Positions 26,914 through 40,049 of a stretch of 64,000 nt of DNA are shown piece after piece (the stretch's first letter is position 1; the number at the start of each line of letters is the position of its first letter). The notes below the pieces were generated by a model. That model saw nothing but the letters and a program-made list of their open reading frames with translations, searched no databases and had not been told where the DNA came from. The position numbers were made by a program, and so were the translations under genes. The DNA is from Callorhinchus milii (lineage: Eukaryota). The stretch lies in contig NW_024704743.1 of the NCBI RefSeq assembly GCF_018977255.1, forward strand, positions 109,060,001 through 109,124,000, given 5' to 3'.

Positions 26914-27286
26914 TCCCGTGGCAGAGTGGAGGAGCTCCTGAGATTGACTTTCACACCAAGGAGGGAATACAAAAAGGCTGGTGTAGAAAAACACTGGAAA
27001 ACTACCTCTGCCCCATGAGTTTTCTCTGTTAAACGCTTTGGGATATTTTCCTGACATGAAAGGCGCTATATCAGGGGCATAGCCACGGCCCACCCTATTA
27101 GCACCCAGGTCCACCCATGGCTACACACCTGATAGAGCGCCTTTCACGTCAGCAGGACGTCCCGAAGCGTTTAACAGAGAAAACTCTTGGGACAGTTAGT
27201 TTTCCTGAATTAATGTAAATCTGTAGTGTAACACGGGTGCGAGATCCAGTTTGTGGCATTGATATATTTTGCAATCCAGACACAAG

Positions 27287-28225
27287 AAGATGTGGGGATG
27301 GGTGTGTGTGTGTGGAGGTGTGTTGTGGGTGTGTGTGTGGGGGGGGTGGGGTTGGTGGAAGATGTGGGGATGGGGTTGTGGGTGAGAGACTGTGTGTGTG
27401 TGGGGGGGGGTGTGGGTGTGTGTGTGTGGGGGTGTGTGTGTGTGTGTGAGGGAGGGGGGTGTGGGAGTGTGTGTGGGGATGTGTGTGTGGGGGGGTTGGT
27501 GGAAGATGTGGGGATGGGTTGTGTGTGAGGGGGTGTGTGTGGGGGGTGTGGGTGTGTGTGGGGGGTGGTGTGTGTGTGTGTGTGTGGGGGGGTGTGGGTG
27601 TGTGTGTGGGGGGGGTGTGGGGATGTGTCGGTGTGTGTGTGAGGGAGGGGGGTGTGGGAGTGTGTGTGGGGATGCGTGTGTGGGGGGGGGTTGGTGGAAG
27701 ATGTGGGGATGGGGTTGTGGGTGAGGGTGTGTGTGTGGGGTGTGTGTGTGTGTGAGGGAGGGGGGTGTGGGGATGTGTGTGTGTGGGTGTGTGTGTGTGT
27801 GTGTGTGAGGGAGGGGGGTGTGGGAGTGTGTGTGGGGATGCGTGTGTGGGGGGGGTTGGTGGAAGATGTGGGGATGGGTTGTGTGTGAGGGGGTGTGTGT
27901 GGGGGGTGTGGGTGTGTGTGGGGGGTGGGGGGTGTGTGTGTGGGGGGGTGGGTATGTGTGTGGGGGGGTGTGGGGATGTGTGGGTGTGTGTGTGTGAGGG
28001 AGGGGGGTGTGGGAGTGTGTGTGGGGGGGTTGTATGCGTGTGTGTGTGTGGGGGGGGGGTGGTGGTGTGTGTGGGTGTGTGGGAGGGGGCGGGTGTGTGT
28101 GTGTGTGTGGGGGTGGGGGTGGTGGTGTGTGTGGGTGTGTGGGAGGGGGCGGGTGTGTGTGTGTGTGTGGGGGTGGGCGTGGTGTGTGTGTGTGTGTGGG
28201 GGGGGTCGGGTGTGTTTGGGGGGTG

Positions 28226-28256
<31 letters not shown>

Positions 28257-29960
28257 GTTGTGTGTGGGGGGTGGTGTGTGTGTGTGTGGGTGGGGTGGTG
28301 TGTGTGGGGGTGGGGGGTGTGTGTGTGGGGGGGGGAGGGGCGGGTGTGTGTGGGGGGTGGTGTGTGTGTGTGTGGGTGGGGTGGTGTGTGTGGGGGGTGG
28401 GGGGGGTGTGTGTGGGGGGGGAGGGGGCGGGTGTGTGTGGGGGGTGGTGTGTGTGTGTGTGGGTGGGGTGGTGTGTGTGGGGGGTGGGGGGGGTGTGTGT
28501 GTGGGGGGGGGAGGGGGCGGGTGTGTGTGGGGGGGAGGGGGCGGGTGTGTGTGGGGGGTGGGGGCGGATGTGTGTGGGGGGTGGTGTATGTGTGTGTGGG
28601 GTGGTATGTGTGGGGGGTGGTGTGTGTGGGTGTGTGTGTGTGTGAGTGGGGTGGTGTGTGTGTGTGTGTGTGGGGGTCGGGTGTGTGTGGGGGGTGGTGT
28701 GTGTGTGGGGGGGGGGAGGGGGCGGGTGTGTGTGGGGGGTGGTGTGTGTGTGTGTGGGGGGGGGGGCGGGTGTGTGTGGGGGGTGGTGTGTGTGTGTGGG
28801 GGGGCGAGGGGCGGGTGTGTGTGGGGGGTGGTGTGTGTGGGGGGTGGTGTATGTGTGTGGGGGGGGGCGGGTGTGTGTGTGTGTGGGGGGGGGGGGCGGG
28901 TGTGTGTGGGGGGGTGGTGTGTGTGTGTGGGGGGGGTGGTGTGTGTGGGGGGTGGGGGGGGGTGTGTGTGGGGGGGTGGTGTGTGTGTGTGTGGGGGGTG
29001 GTGTGTGTGGGGGGGGTGGTGTGTGTGTGTGTGGGAGGGGGCGGGTGTATGTGTGTGTGGGAGGGGGGGGTGTGTGTGTGTGTGTGTGTGAGGGGGTGGT
29101 GTGTGGGGGGTGTGGGTGTGTGTGTGGGGGGTGTGGGGATGTGTGGGGGTGTGTGTGTGAGGGAGGGGGGTGTGGGAGTGTGTGTGGGTGTGTGCGTGTG
29201 TGTGAGAGGGGGCGGGTGTGTGTGTGGGTGTGTGTGGAGGGGGCGGGTGTGTGTGGGAGGGGGTGGGTGTGTGAGAGGGGGCGGGTGTGTGTGTGTGTGT
29301 GTGGGTGTGTGTGGGAGGGGGGGGGTGTGTGGGAGGGGGTGTGTGTGTGGGAGGGGGCGGGTGTGTGTGTGTGTGTGTGGGTGGGGTGGTGTGTGTGGGG
29401 GGTGGTGTGTGTGGGAGGGGGTGGTGTGTGTGGGAGGGGGTGGGTGTGTGGGAGGGGGCGGGTGTGTGTGGGAGGGGGTGGGTGTGTGAGAGGGGGCGGG
29501 TGTGTGTGTGTGTGTGTGGGTGTGTGTGTGTGTGTGTGGGAGGGGGCGGGTGTGTGTGTGTGTGTGGGAGGGGGTGGGTGTGTGTGCGTGTGGGAGGGTG
29601 TGTGTGCGTGTGTGTGAGAGGGGGCGGGTGTGTGTGTGTATGTGTGTGTGGGAGGGGGGTGTGTGTGTGGGAGGGGGTGGGTGTGTGTGGGAGGGGCGGG
29701 GGTGTGTGGGAGGGGGTGTGTGTGTGGGAGGGGGCGGGTGTGTGTGTGTGTGTGGGAGGGGGGGGGTGTGTGTGCGTGTGGGAGGGTGTGTGTGCGTGTG
29801 TGTGAGAGGGGGCGGGTGTGTGTGTGTATGTGTGTGTGGGAGGGGGTGTGTGTGTGGGAGGGGGTGGGTGTGTGAGAGGGGGCGGGTGTGTGTGTGTGTG
29901 TGGGTGTGTGTGGGAGGGGGTGGGTGTGTGGGGGGGGTGGTGTGTGGGAGAAGTCGTGTG
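27287..29960. repeat. about 2.7 kb G-rich (GT)n/G-run compound satellite
   Basis: Seen directly. Recurring subunits include ggaagatgtggggatggg and gggagggggcgggtgtgt. Confidence 0.97.
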
Positions 29961-30127
29961 TGCAGTGCATTTGGGTCAATGCAGATCCCGATCCAAATAA
30001 AGAGTGACAAATTTTTTTTGTGTGTGTGCGCAGAATAAGGGGCTGCAGCCGAACACCAGAACCGAGACCAATAATAAATCGATATCGATTTGGATGGACA
30101 GTGACCTGCGTGGCTGGGGCTTTCGCC

Positions 30128-30200
30128 GGGGAATTAGCTCAAATGGTAGAGCGCTCGCTTAGCATGCGAGAGGTAGCGGGATCGATGCCCGCATTCTCCA
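30128..30200 (+). tRNA. tRNA-Ala-AGC: tRNA-Ala (AGC)
   Basis: GGGGAATTAGCTCAAATGGTAGAGCGCTCGCTTAGCATGCGAGAGGTAGCGGGATCGATGCCCGCATTCTCCA. Has the G3:U70 identity pair and the ATCG T-loop typical of this class. T10 at 30228-30237. Confidence 0.95.
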
Positions 30201-32439
30201 AGCAAAAAAAAAAAAATACCCTCTCCCTTTTTTTTTTCCCTTTCTCTGTGTGTGCGTGTGTTTTTTTTTGCTGTGGCAAACACTAAATGGTGGCCGTTCA
30301 AGTAACGTGAAAAGGTTCTTTCTTTTGCACAAACACAAACGCGCACACACACGCACACACACACACACACACGCGCCACAAAGACACACACTGAGAGCAG
30401 TGGCAAAGGCTGTTCGGGTCAGCAGGCAAGACCAGAGCTCTCTGCAGGCGTTGTGATGTTAATGTTACCCTGAGCAGCAGTTTTATGTGGTTTTGTGTGT
30501 GTGTGGTGTGGGGGGGGTGGGGGTTGGGGGTTGTCCATCACTTTTATTGCATTCTTAGTTTTTTCTCTCTCTCTGCACAACATCAGCGGGCGAGGCTGCA
30601 GCGACCGCAAAACCCACGCAACCCGTTTTAAAAGGGAGTCGGTTCGCCCGCTGGGACGCCGCGCGTCGTTGCGGAGCGATCCCCAGAGCAGACCGGACGC
30701 CAGCGCTCCCAGAGGGCGATGCTGATCCGCAAATGTCCATGTCATTTCACACCCTGCAAGCCCGCAATGGATTTCACACCAACCACTGCACTCATACACA
30801 CACCAGAACAGAACCCACCACCAAAACCCTTGCAAAGTTTGCATTGAAGCCCCCCCCCCCCCCATCTGTTGAAACCAATCTTTCCAACTGTTTAGAGTCA
30901 ACAGCTATAATAATTATAATACTTGCATTTGATATAGCACTTTTTCGCGTCTTCTAGACACCTCAAAGCGCTTCACAGAATATGCAGTAAAGTGAGTTGA
31001 CTGTATATTTGTGGGCGAAACTAGTTAATAGTTCCAATTCATTCTCTGTAAAAAAAAACTAACACGTTTGTGAAGCTGTACATCCAAATCCTTCGTATGA
31101 TTGACGCACACTTTGGCACACGGCGACATACAGGTTCCTAAGCAGATTGTGTCTCCTCTAAAACTCGAGCTGTGCCCTTTCTCAGCTCACACAATCATCC
31201 TTGGTAGCGAGCGAACTCTCTCCAGAGTCTAACATGACCTTGATTATTGTATTGAATAAATGGTATGCAGAACCTGCAAGAGTGCAGTCTATTATGGCAA
31301 GAGGCAGGTGTTAACTTTAGGGACGTGCATGATTGCCAGTTTGATGATTTGCAGATTTATTTGATAGAGATCTAAATACTACACCATACATCACAAGACC
31401 CCATTTGTAAAATGATAAGAATTTTAAGAAAGCATCTTTGAAATTATAAGGTAATAAAAGAGAAGTATAATTTTCAACAGTAGCATATTGTGAAAGGGAT
31501 GCGATTGGTGAGTGGGTGACGAGAGAGCATAAATTTAAGATACAGTGAACTCCTGATAACTTGACCCTGGCTTAACTTGTCACTACCACTTAACTCATTA
31601 ACTTGTCAACATCCCGGCTGCATTTACTTATGTATTTATAAACATGCCTAACTCATCCCTGTGCCCTTTTCCCTCGGTCCGACAAGTTATCAGGAGTTTG
31701 CCGTAGTTAGAAAACCAGTAAATGGGGAGATTAGAAGAAATCGTTTCACACGTGGGAGTGAAAGGATTGCTCTTAAAAGAGCCAGCATGGACACAATAGG
31801 CCGAATGGTTACCTTCTGCGTTGTAGAGTTATATAGATCTATAGCATTAGGCCAATATTTGAAAAGGAAAAATCTAAAGGATGTGGCAAAAAGGCAATGT
31901 GTGGGACCCATAATCCAATAGCTTTTATAAAGAGGCAGAGCAGGCTCAATGAGTTGAATGATATTCATTTTATCACTTGGTGAATGATGTATTAAAAAAG
32001 AGAAACCGCAGTATGTAACCATGGTCAAATCCCCCCAAAAAGGGAGGCAAACTCTTCATTTTTTTAAAAGCAACTTTATTGTTTATAATATCCCTTTGAG
32101 ACTTTTAAAATCTGAACATAATGTAGAGGAGTAATAAGTACATTTTTGTATGTTCCTGATTTCCTTACAGTAACCGGTAGTGTAATCCGCTTCATTAGTG
32201 TCACAGATTTCAAAAAGCTTTGTATAGTGTCTATCTGCTATTTAAAACTTTGGCTGGACTCCCGGAGTGAGTCCTGTCAGGATTATCAACAATCACTGAC
32301 AGTATCCTGAGACACATTAATAAAACACAATTTACATATCAGATAACTATTCTCCAATGACTACAAATTTGGCAAAAGCTGCTTCATTTGATGTTGTTTG
32401 GTAGAAGTAGGGTTTACAACATTTCTTTCTGAAAGTCAC

Positions 32440-32570
32440 TGTCCAGAGAAACAGCTGTTTGGGGCAGTGAGTGCTGACAGGAGTTAAGTTTGGAGGGAGA
32501 GAGAGGGAGAGGGTGAGAGACAGCAGCTCTAGTAGTCAATCTCGGTGTCAGTTTCATATAAGGCCACAGC
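32440..32570 (+). promoter_or_regulatory. putative muscle-type proximal promoter of TRIM55
   Basis: E-box CAGCTG at 32452-57 and CArG/TATA-like TCATATAAGG at 32554-63, about 240 bp upstream of the ATG. Confidence 0.4.
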
Positions 32571-32799
32571 GATGCGCAACCACATGGCAACGACTGACGT
32601 CCTGCTGCTAAAAAAAACCCCATCAAAACCACCAATCCACTCCAAGACAATGTCACCCATCCAGCAACATCAAGCGGAGCTGTAGACAATCAGGTCACAG
32701 CTACAATCCGAGAGAAAAAAAGGAAAAGAAGTGTGGACGGGCTTCCATTTCTGAAAAAGTTATTTTACAACTTAGTACTCCCCCAGGGAACTTGCTGAC

Positions 32800-32967
32800 A
32801 TGACCGCTTCCATGGATTACAACCTTCTCCCTAAGGATCGCCAAACCATGGACAACCTGGAAAAGCAGCTCATTTGCCCAATCTGTTTAGAAATGTTCTC
32901 CAAACCAGTTGTCATTCTGCCCTGCCAGCACAACCTGTGCAGGAAGTGTGCCAACGACATGTTTCAG
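32800..32967 (+). CDS. TRIM55: TRIM55 (MuRF2) exon 1, RING N-half
   Basis: [62 protein letters not shown]. 168 nt. Confidence 0.95.
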
Positions 32968-34389
32968 GTAAGTTAACAATTGCTGAGGCGAGATGTTATT
33001 GCCTGAATTGGAGTCTGATAGATAAATAAATCAGTGAAAACGTATGCACCTCGATTACAATGTGGAGAAGAGAAAAACACATGAGAAAAATACTTGGATA
33101 AGATAATGTTTATCTTACCAAAGGCAATGGGGTGGGGGGAAGGAAGTAAATCAGTCCACATTTAATAACAAGTTAAATCTTTTTCTCCATTTCTTTCCCT
33201 GTTTAACACTGTTAGGATTCTGGTGGGAAATATTCAGCCACAGTTCAAGAAAACTTTCTCTGGGAGTGAGAGTGGAGGAATGTGTGTGTGTGTAAATTGT
33301 ATGGGTGAGGGTTATCTCATCAACCATTTGCTAATGTAAATGGGAAGCGTGTCATGTATTGCAATGTACTATGTGCCCTGACTGACCTTAAAGCTGCAGA
33401 CTGCATCCTTGATATTGGGTCCGTAGCCTTAAATGCACCTGACAAGAGGATTTGTCTTTTTCACTGTGTTTATTATTTCATTCATATAACATTCAACTGC
33501 TTTAAATTAAAGTACACTTGAAGTACAAGTTCTCTTGTATTTTACCTGACGCTCAGATTCTATAAAGATGCGGTTGTTGGTGACAGTGTGAGGACTCTCC
33601 AACTATCATAACATAATAGAATTTTTTAAAAAAGGCCTTGAAAATAGTAGAGTTCCCTCCCAGGCCTGCACAGGGCCAGGATTTCTTAAATTTACGGCAG
33701 TTTAGAGAGCTTCAGCTGTGCATTCGTGATCCCTGTCACCAGAGTCCCCCATCCAAACCCCCTACCATTCGCGAACAGATCTGGTGAGGGGGACAGATGG
33801 CAGCACACTCTGTGTTGTCACTCTGCCTGACCCTGGTCAGATTGCAGAACTCAGCAGCACCAGCCAAAGTAAGTGTTCACTGGCAGGGAAAAAAAGAGAA
33901 GCTTTTTGGGGGTGGGGGGTGGAGGGGGTGGGGGCTAGAGGAATGTAAGAGACAGTTTTATCTCTTCGTTATAATAAAATAATATAACTTGTTTAGCAAT
34001 GTTCTTCCAGTGTGATTTTTTTCTCTCTCTCTGTGTTAGTTTGTCTCCCGCCCCCAACTTTCCTCCATCATCAATTCTCACTTTCAAATCCCTCCACGGG
34101 CTCAGCAAGCACCAGCCAGCTTCAGGTCCCCAGCTTGATCCGCCCCCAGAATCAGTGGGTAAGCTTTTGGCCATTCTGCCCCCGCTCTCAGAAACTCCAT
34201 CCCAAAGTCCCTCTGCACTTCCCATCCATCCTTCAAACACACCTAAAGACTTACCTTTTCGATTGCGCCTACAGTCACTACCCCACCCCCTCCCTCTTCC
34301 CTCTTGCTTAGTTGTCTACATCACTAGGAGGCAATCAGGTTAAAAGTAAATGTTCTACTGCAAACAATTTTAACAGACAGGTGGGCAAA

Positions 34390-35590
34390 AACAACAACAA
34401 ATTACACTTGTAAAACTCTTTTCATGTCAGGAGGACATCCCACAGTGTTGGACAGTCAGGGATCCGCAACCAAACTGGTAGGAGGGTGCCCAAAGGCACG
34501 GTTGAATAGACGAGTCTTGAGACGGATCTTGAAGAGGCAAGGGAGGGGGCGAAGTGGAGGGACTGGGGGATGGAGTTTCAGAGGGTGGGAGCAGAGCGGC
34601 TGAAGGCCCGCCTGCCAATGGAGGAGTGGGCAAGGCTGGGGACGTGAAGCAGGCCAGAGCCCTTTAAGCGGAGGGAGGGGACACCTAGGTCGATAGGGGT
34701 TTAGGAGATTGAGAGGTAGGGAGGAGCAAAGCCATGGAGGGCTTTGAAGGTGAGGACCAGGATCTTGACTGTATCCTCTGAGTGATGGGGAGGCAGTGGA
34801 GCCAGGCGAGGATGGGGGTGATAGGGTCGTGGAGTCTGGTGCAGGAGAGGACATGAGCTGCATAGTTCTGGGTGATCTGCAGCCTGTGGACGGAGAAGGG
34901 GAGGCCGACAAGCAGGGAGTTTGAGTAGTTGAGCCTGGATGTGATGAATGCACGGATGAGGTTCTTGGCGGCCTGCAGTGAGACAATAATAATAATAATA
35001 ATAATAATCCTTGCATTTGATATAGCGCTTTTCACGTCGGGAGGACGTCCCAAAGCGCTTCACAGAACACACTGTAAAGTGAATTGACTGTATATTTGTG
35101 GGCGAACGCGGCAGCCAATTGCGCACAGCAATGTCCCACAAACAGTCGTAGATTGAAAATGACCAATTTAATTATTGTTTTTGTTTTTTTGGAGGGATTA
35201 TTGTTAGGCATGTGGAGTAAGGAAACTTGCCCAAGGTTTCGCCCTGCCTGGAATTGAACTCAGGTCTCTCACTTGCAAAGCGAGTGCTCTAACCACTGAG
35301 CTACAGGACTCCACCAATGGTGGAGCCGGGCAATATTGCGGAGGTGAGGAAAGGTGGAGCAGGTCATGGCACTGATGTGGCGGATGAAACACAGTTGAGG
35401 GTCGAACAGGACGCCAAGGTTTTGTATTGACTCCGTGAGGTGTAGAGTGCATCCATGAAGGGTGATGCTGTCAGCATCCAAGGTATGGAGGCGCCAACAG
35501 GAGCCAATTAGGATGGCCTCGATCTTGTAGACATTCAACTGGAGGAAATTTGCTCTCATCCAGGACTTGATGTCTGACAGTCAGTCATTG
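34390..35590 (-). mobile_element. L2 LINE 3' part, split by a SINE
   Basis: [25 protein letters not shown] and MRANFLQLNVYKIEAILIG...NLGVLFDPQL lie on either side of the SINE. Confidence 0.85.
34985..35312 (-). mobile_element. young tRNA-derived SINE, full length
   Basis: Reverse complement of the 1775-2084 element. Confidence 0.9.
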
Positions 35591-35752
35591 AGGAATGGTC
35601 TTCTTCTGTGCTGGATAATTATATGATTCTAGTCTAAGCAAGCATAGTGTTGGGTAGAGCTCTGTGAAGCAAAGTATAAATTTGAGTGATGTAGAAATCA
35701 TAGAAAAATGGCAGCGTTAAAGAAATTGTTAAGACACATTTTAAATGAATGT

Positions 35753-35895
35753 CAAAATACTGAAGATGCTGGAAATCTGAAATAAAAACAGAAGTTTGAT
35801 TGTTCTAACGAAAGCTCATCGACCTGAAACTTTCCTCTCTCCGTAGATGCTGCCTGACCTGCTGAGTGTTCCCAGCAATTTCTGTTTCCATTTTA
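35753..35895. mobile_element. decayed Penelope-like terminal-repeat relic (inverted arrangement)
   Basis: An inverted copy of the 3' end (caaaatactgaagatgctggaaatctgaaataaaaacagaa) is followed by ctaacgaaagctcatcgacctgaaac...tagatgctgcctgacctgctgagtgttcccagca. Same family as 41441-41581. Confidence 0.7.
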
Positions 35896-35926
35896 AATGA
35901 ATGATTTTGTTTTGAATTTTCACCAG

Positions 35927-36099
35927 GCATCCAACCCATATTGGCAGACACGTGGAGGGAGCATGCTGGGGTCAGGGGGTCGTTTCCGATGTCCGTCCTG
36001 TCGACATGAGGTGATTCTGGACAGACATGGAGTCTATGGATTACAAAGAAACTTGCTGGTCGAAAACATCATTGATTTGTATAAACAGGAGTCTATCAG
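35927..36099 (+). CDS. TRIM55: TRIM55 exon 2 (RING C-half and MuRF-family conserved motif)
   Basis: cacc[59 protein letters not shown] ag|GTAACA. 173 nt, ends in phase 2. Confidence 0.96.
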
Positions 36100-39000
36100 G
36101 TAACAATTAAGTGAGACACGTACTATTGTTACAACCCAAAACATTGTCTCAAAGCTGTGGTGGAGTGGTGAGAAACAGCAGCAAGGACTTATACCACCGA
36201 ATCTACATTGTGACTTCCTTAGACAAGACAGAGCATATTTCTGCACATTGCTCTGTTTAGCTAGCTGTAAGTAGGAAACCAGGTGTTAGTCGATTGGTGG
36301 ATTGCTTTTCTGGGAATAATAATTCCTTCCAAAAAAAAATAATAATAATAAGTTGGTCACTCAATCCACGATTGTTTGTGGGACACTGTTGTGCGCAATT
36401 GGCTGCTGCGTTTCGCCCACAAAATATGCAGTCAATTCACTTTACAGTATATTCTGTGAAGCACTTTGAGATGTCTTGAAGACATGATAAGGTGCTATAT
36501 CAAATGCAAGGATGTTATTATTATATTCAATGAGGGAAATATTACCCTCAGTCATCTAAAAAAGAAAAGTGCAAAAAAGAGTTATGATCAACTTTTAACA
36601 CCTTTTGTTTTATTTCTCTACACTCACTTTAAAAAAAACTATGAACATATGACCAGTCAAATGGTTTGCTGAATGTACAAAGTACGTTTCAATGTCAGGG
36701 ATCTTGATACTCACAGTTGAAACAATGGTTGTAACTGGAGCTTGCAGGATTGAAGATTCAATGTGCTGATGATTCACTTTCTTCACACTGTCGGGCACAG
36801 TAACTGCTTCAATACAGTTTCTTTGAAATTATCATGCATTGATTAATCACAAAAATCACCAAATAGGACCACAGAGTGTTGATGAACTGACATAATAATA
36901 ATCTTTGCATTTCATACAGCGCCTTTCACATCAGGTCTCAAAGAACTTTACAGGATATACTGCAAAGTGCAGTGATTGTGTGATTTGTGGTCAAATGCAG
37001 CAGCCCATTTGTGCACAGCAAAGCCCCACAGACAGCCATGAGGTGATTGATCAATTTTTATCAGGACAGGATTGGTGGCCAAGACTTTGGGAGAAATTCC
37101 CATTTTTTTCAAATAATGCCATTGGATCTTTAACATCCACCCTGAATAGGCAGACAGGACCCCAACACCTCCTCCAACAATACAACGGATGCCCTGTAGT
37201 GCACTGGAGTAATATTCTGGAAGGATTGTCAGAAGATTGAAAGGTCTTGATCATCTTTTGTCATAACGATGTGTCAGCCCTACTCAGTTGGTTGTACACT
37301 TACTTCTGGATCAGAGGGTTATGGATTCAAGCTCCACATGGGGACTTTAAGCTCATAATCTAGTATAATACTCCACTGCTGGGGAAGCACTGCATTGTCA
37401 GAGTTGGCATCGTATGGTTGAGATGTTAAAACCTATTCAGTTAAACATTAAAGATCCCATGCCATTATTCAAAAAGAGAAACGAGTTTACCCCAGAGTCC
37501 TGTCCAATAATCCTCCAGATAAAATTGATCATTCACTTTGTGACTTTTTGGGATATTGATGTGGGCAAATTGCCTACTGGGTTGCCCTACAAATACACAA
37601 TTGTAATACTTTACAACAATTTTGGACATTTTGAAATTATGGATGCCATATCAAAGGCCTGGATTATTATTACAACAAGCCTTGACCAAAACTTCAGAGG
37701 GGTAGCGCTTGCTGCATTAGTGAGACCTTTCCTACATAGCCTTCAGTTCACAGAGTAACTTATAGCAAAATAATATTGAATTTTGACCTGGTCATTGCTG
37801 TAACTCATGGAGTGGTCACACACATTTTACGATGTGCTCTTTACAGCTGCTGGAGAGGTCAGATTGCAAAGCGCTGTGCTGAGCATGCTCCATCCCTGCT
37901 GTGTCTGAAGTTCCTGTAGTGCAGTATTTGAGGAACAGCGATAACAGCAAAAGAAGCTCCATTGCCTCCAGCCACACCACGTTTACTACTGTAATGACAC
38001 AAGGCCTATAAACATGGATGGTTTATTCATGGCAACTTGCCTCAGAGAAAGAAACACAATGTTGTGTGCAGCAGGCTGGTGTGATCTGGTTTATGACGCT
38101 AATGCTTGAAATGCGCGACAAGTCCACTAAAAATAATCGTTTTGTCACCAGTTTTATCTGAGATCTATTTTTAAACGTTGCTGTTTAACATCTCTCGTCA
38201 GCACAATGTGTGTGACATGATAACATGGACCAGGCAAGGTGTTAATTTGGGCATCTGTTGCCCTGCTATGAGCTTGCTATACACTACCTTCATCCAGCCA
38301 ATGCATATTTTGTTTTTAGAATCACTGTTCTGCCTCACAAAGAAGTGGCTACAGTTTATTAGCCTGGAAGTTTATCAGTAACTGTCCTGCCTTCTCACTT
38401 GGATGGTCACAGCCACGTTTGAGTTTCAGAACTGCCTTGACAGTCTAATTTCCCTGCTACTCTTGTGATATAAAATTATCTACTGTACACATAGTTGGAT
38501 GTTTTTACCTCAGTGTTCATGTTGGGGTCAATTCTGCAGTGCAGTCGATATCATTATTTAGGACATTGAATAAACCTGTGTGTGTGTGTCGGCCCAGTTC
38601 AGTTAATAAAAGACAACTTGCACTTATATATGGTGCCTTTTACCTAGGAAAGCATCTTGAGGTGCTTTACAGTAACAGAGTGGAAGTCCCCATAGGACAG
38701 GAGATTAGGTGAGTAAAGGTGGGAAGTGGCCAAAGGCACAGTCAAAGAGTTAGGTTTTTAGACTGGTTTTGAAAGTAGAATGGGTTGGGGGGATCGCAGA
38801 GGGATTTAGGGAGAAAGCTCCAGAAAGCAAAGGTAAAATGGCTGGTGAGGTGGAAGGTGGATGGGGGACATGATGGTGGAGGAAGCAGTGGGCAAGTGTG
38901 GAGGCATTTGAAGGTAAGAATGAGGGTCTTAAAGAGCGGGGAAGGGGAAGTCAGTGGAGTCTGATGAGGATAGTGGTTATGAGCTGATGGACTGTGTGCA

Positions 39001-40049
39001 GGAGAGAATGCGGAGTTCTGAATAAGCTTGACCTTGTAGAGGGTAGAGTTGAAAGGCAGGATAGCAATCCTGAACTGTGCTAATGCGTTGGCATACCTGA
39101 AAGTAATCTTCTGTAGAACTGAAGAAAGGCACTTACGTCAATGTGTCAAATTGAACTTATCAAGCTGTTATATATACAATCTGTGTGTGAGTACAATAGA
39201 GCACAATTTACAGGATTTCTTAACTCATATGTTATGTTTTACTCTATATCAGAAAAAAAAACTTTAATGGAACTCCATAAATTTTGTCCAATATCCCTCT
39301 GCTACTATTAATGGATTTCACAATTTTTATATGCTTAACTGAAATGTATAACCAGGAACACAAGCTGCATTGCAGACAACTTGCAATGATATAGCACCCC
39401 TCATCTAGGATAGCGCTTCCCAGTGGTTGGGTTAGACTTGAGCAAACAAGCAGAGGGGGAGGTGATCACAGGGACAATCAAGCGATAGGTTTAAGATGGG
39501 ATTTGAAGATAAAGGGGTAAGGCGAAAACTTTTTTCCAGCACTGTAATAACTGACACTACTTCAAGTAAAATATTTAAAGTTCAGCTGAGGGTTGATGAA
39601 CGAAGAGGTTATTATTCAGAATGTGAGCTTGGAGGGTAGACTGCCAATTACATACTTAGCAGAAAATTACTCTTAGATATTGCCCATCGAAAGTCATAAA
39701 GGGAAATGTTGCCTTTTTAAAAAAATACAATTAGCACTTAAGTGGAGTACCTACTAATAAAATGGTCTTATATTTTATTCGCTCTCCCACTTCTGGTTCT
39801 TCCTGTGCTTGGTACCCTTCCTGGTCAGGATGGGAAGGTGACTTGCATGTGCTGGACTCAGCTAGCAGGAGGTATGAGAGAATGATGTGGAATACATTAT
39901 CCATTGATTTTTTCCCAGTATTCCTGTGAAGAACACAAGCCCTTGGACTAGTGCCCTGAGATACGCAAACCTAAAAGTCTAAGATCAATGGGACAGGGGT
40001 GTGGATAGGGAGGCATCACAAGATTGAGAGATATCTCCAGGTAAATGGA

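Noticed and set aside
27149..30038. Very long ORFs (953, 927 and 574 aa) rich in H/T/P or V/C/G
   Set aside because: Translation of a stop-free (GT)n/G-run satellite, with no domain or splice evidence.
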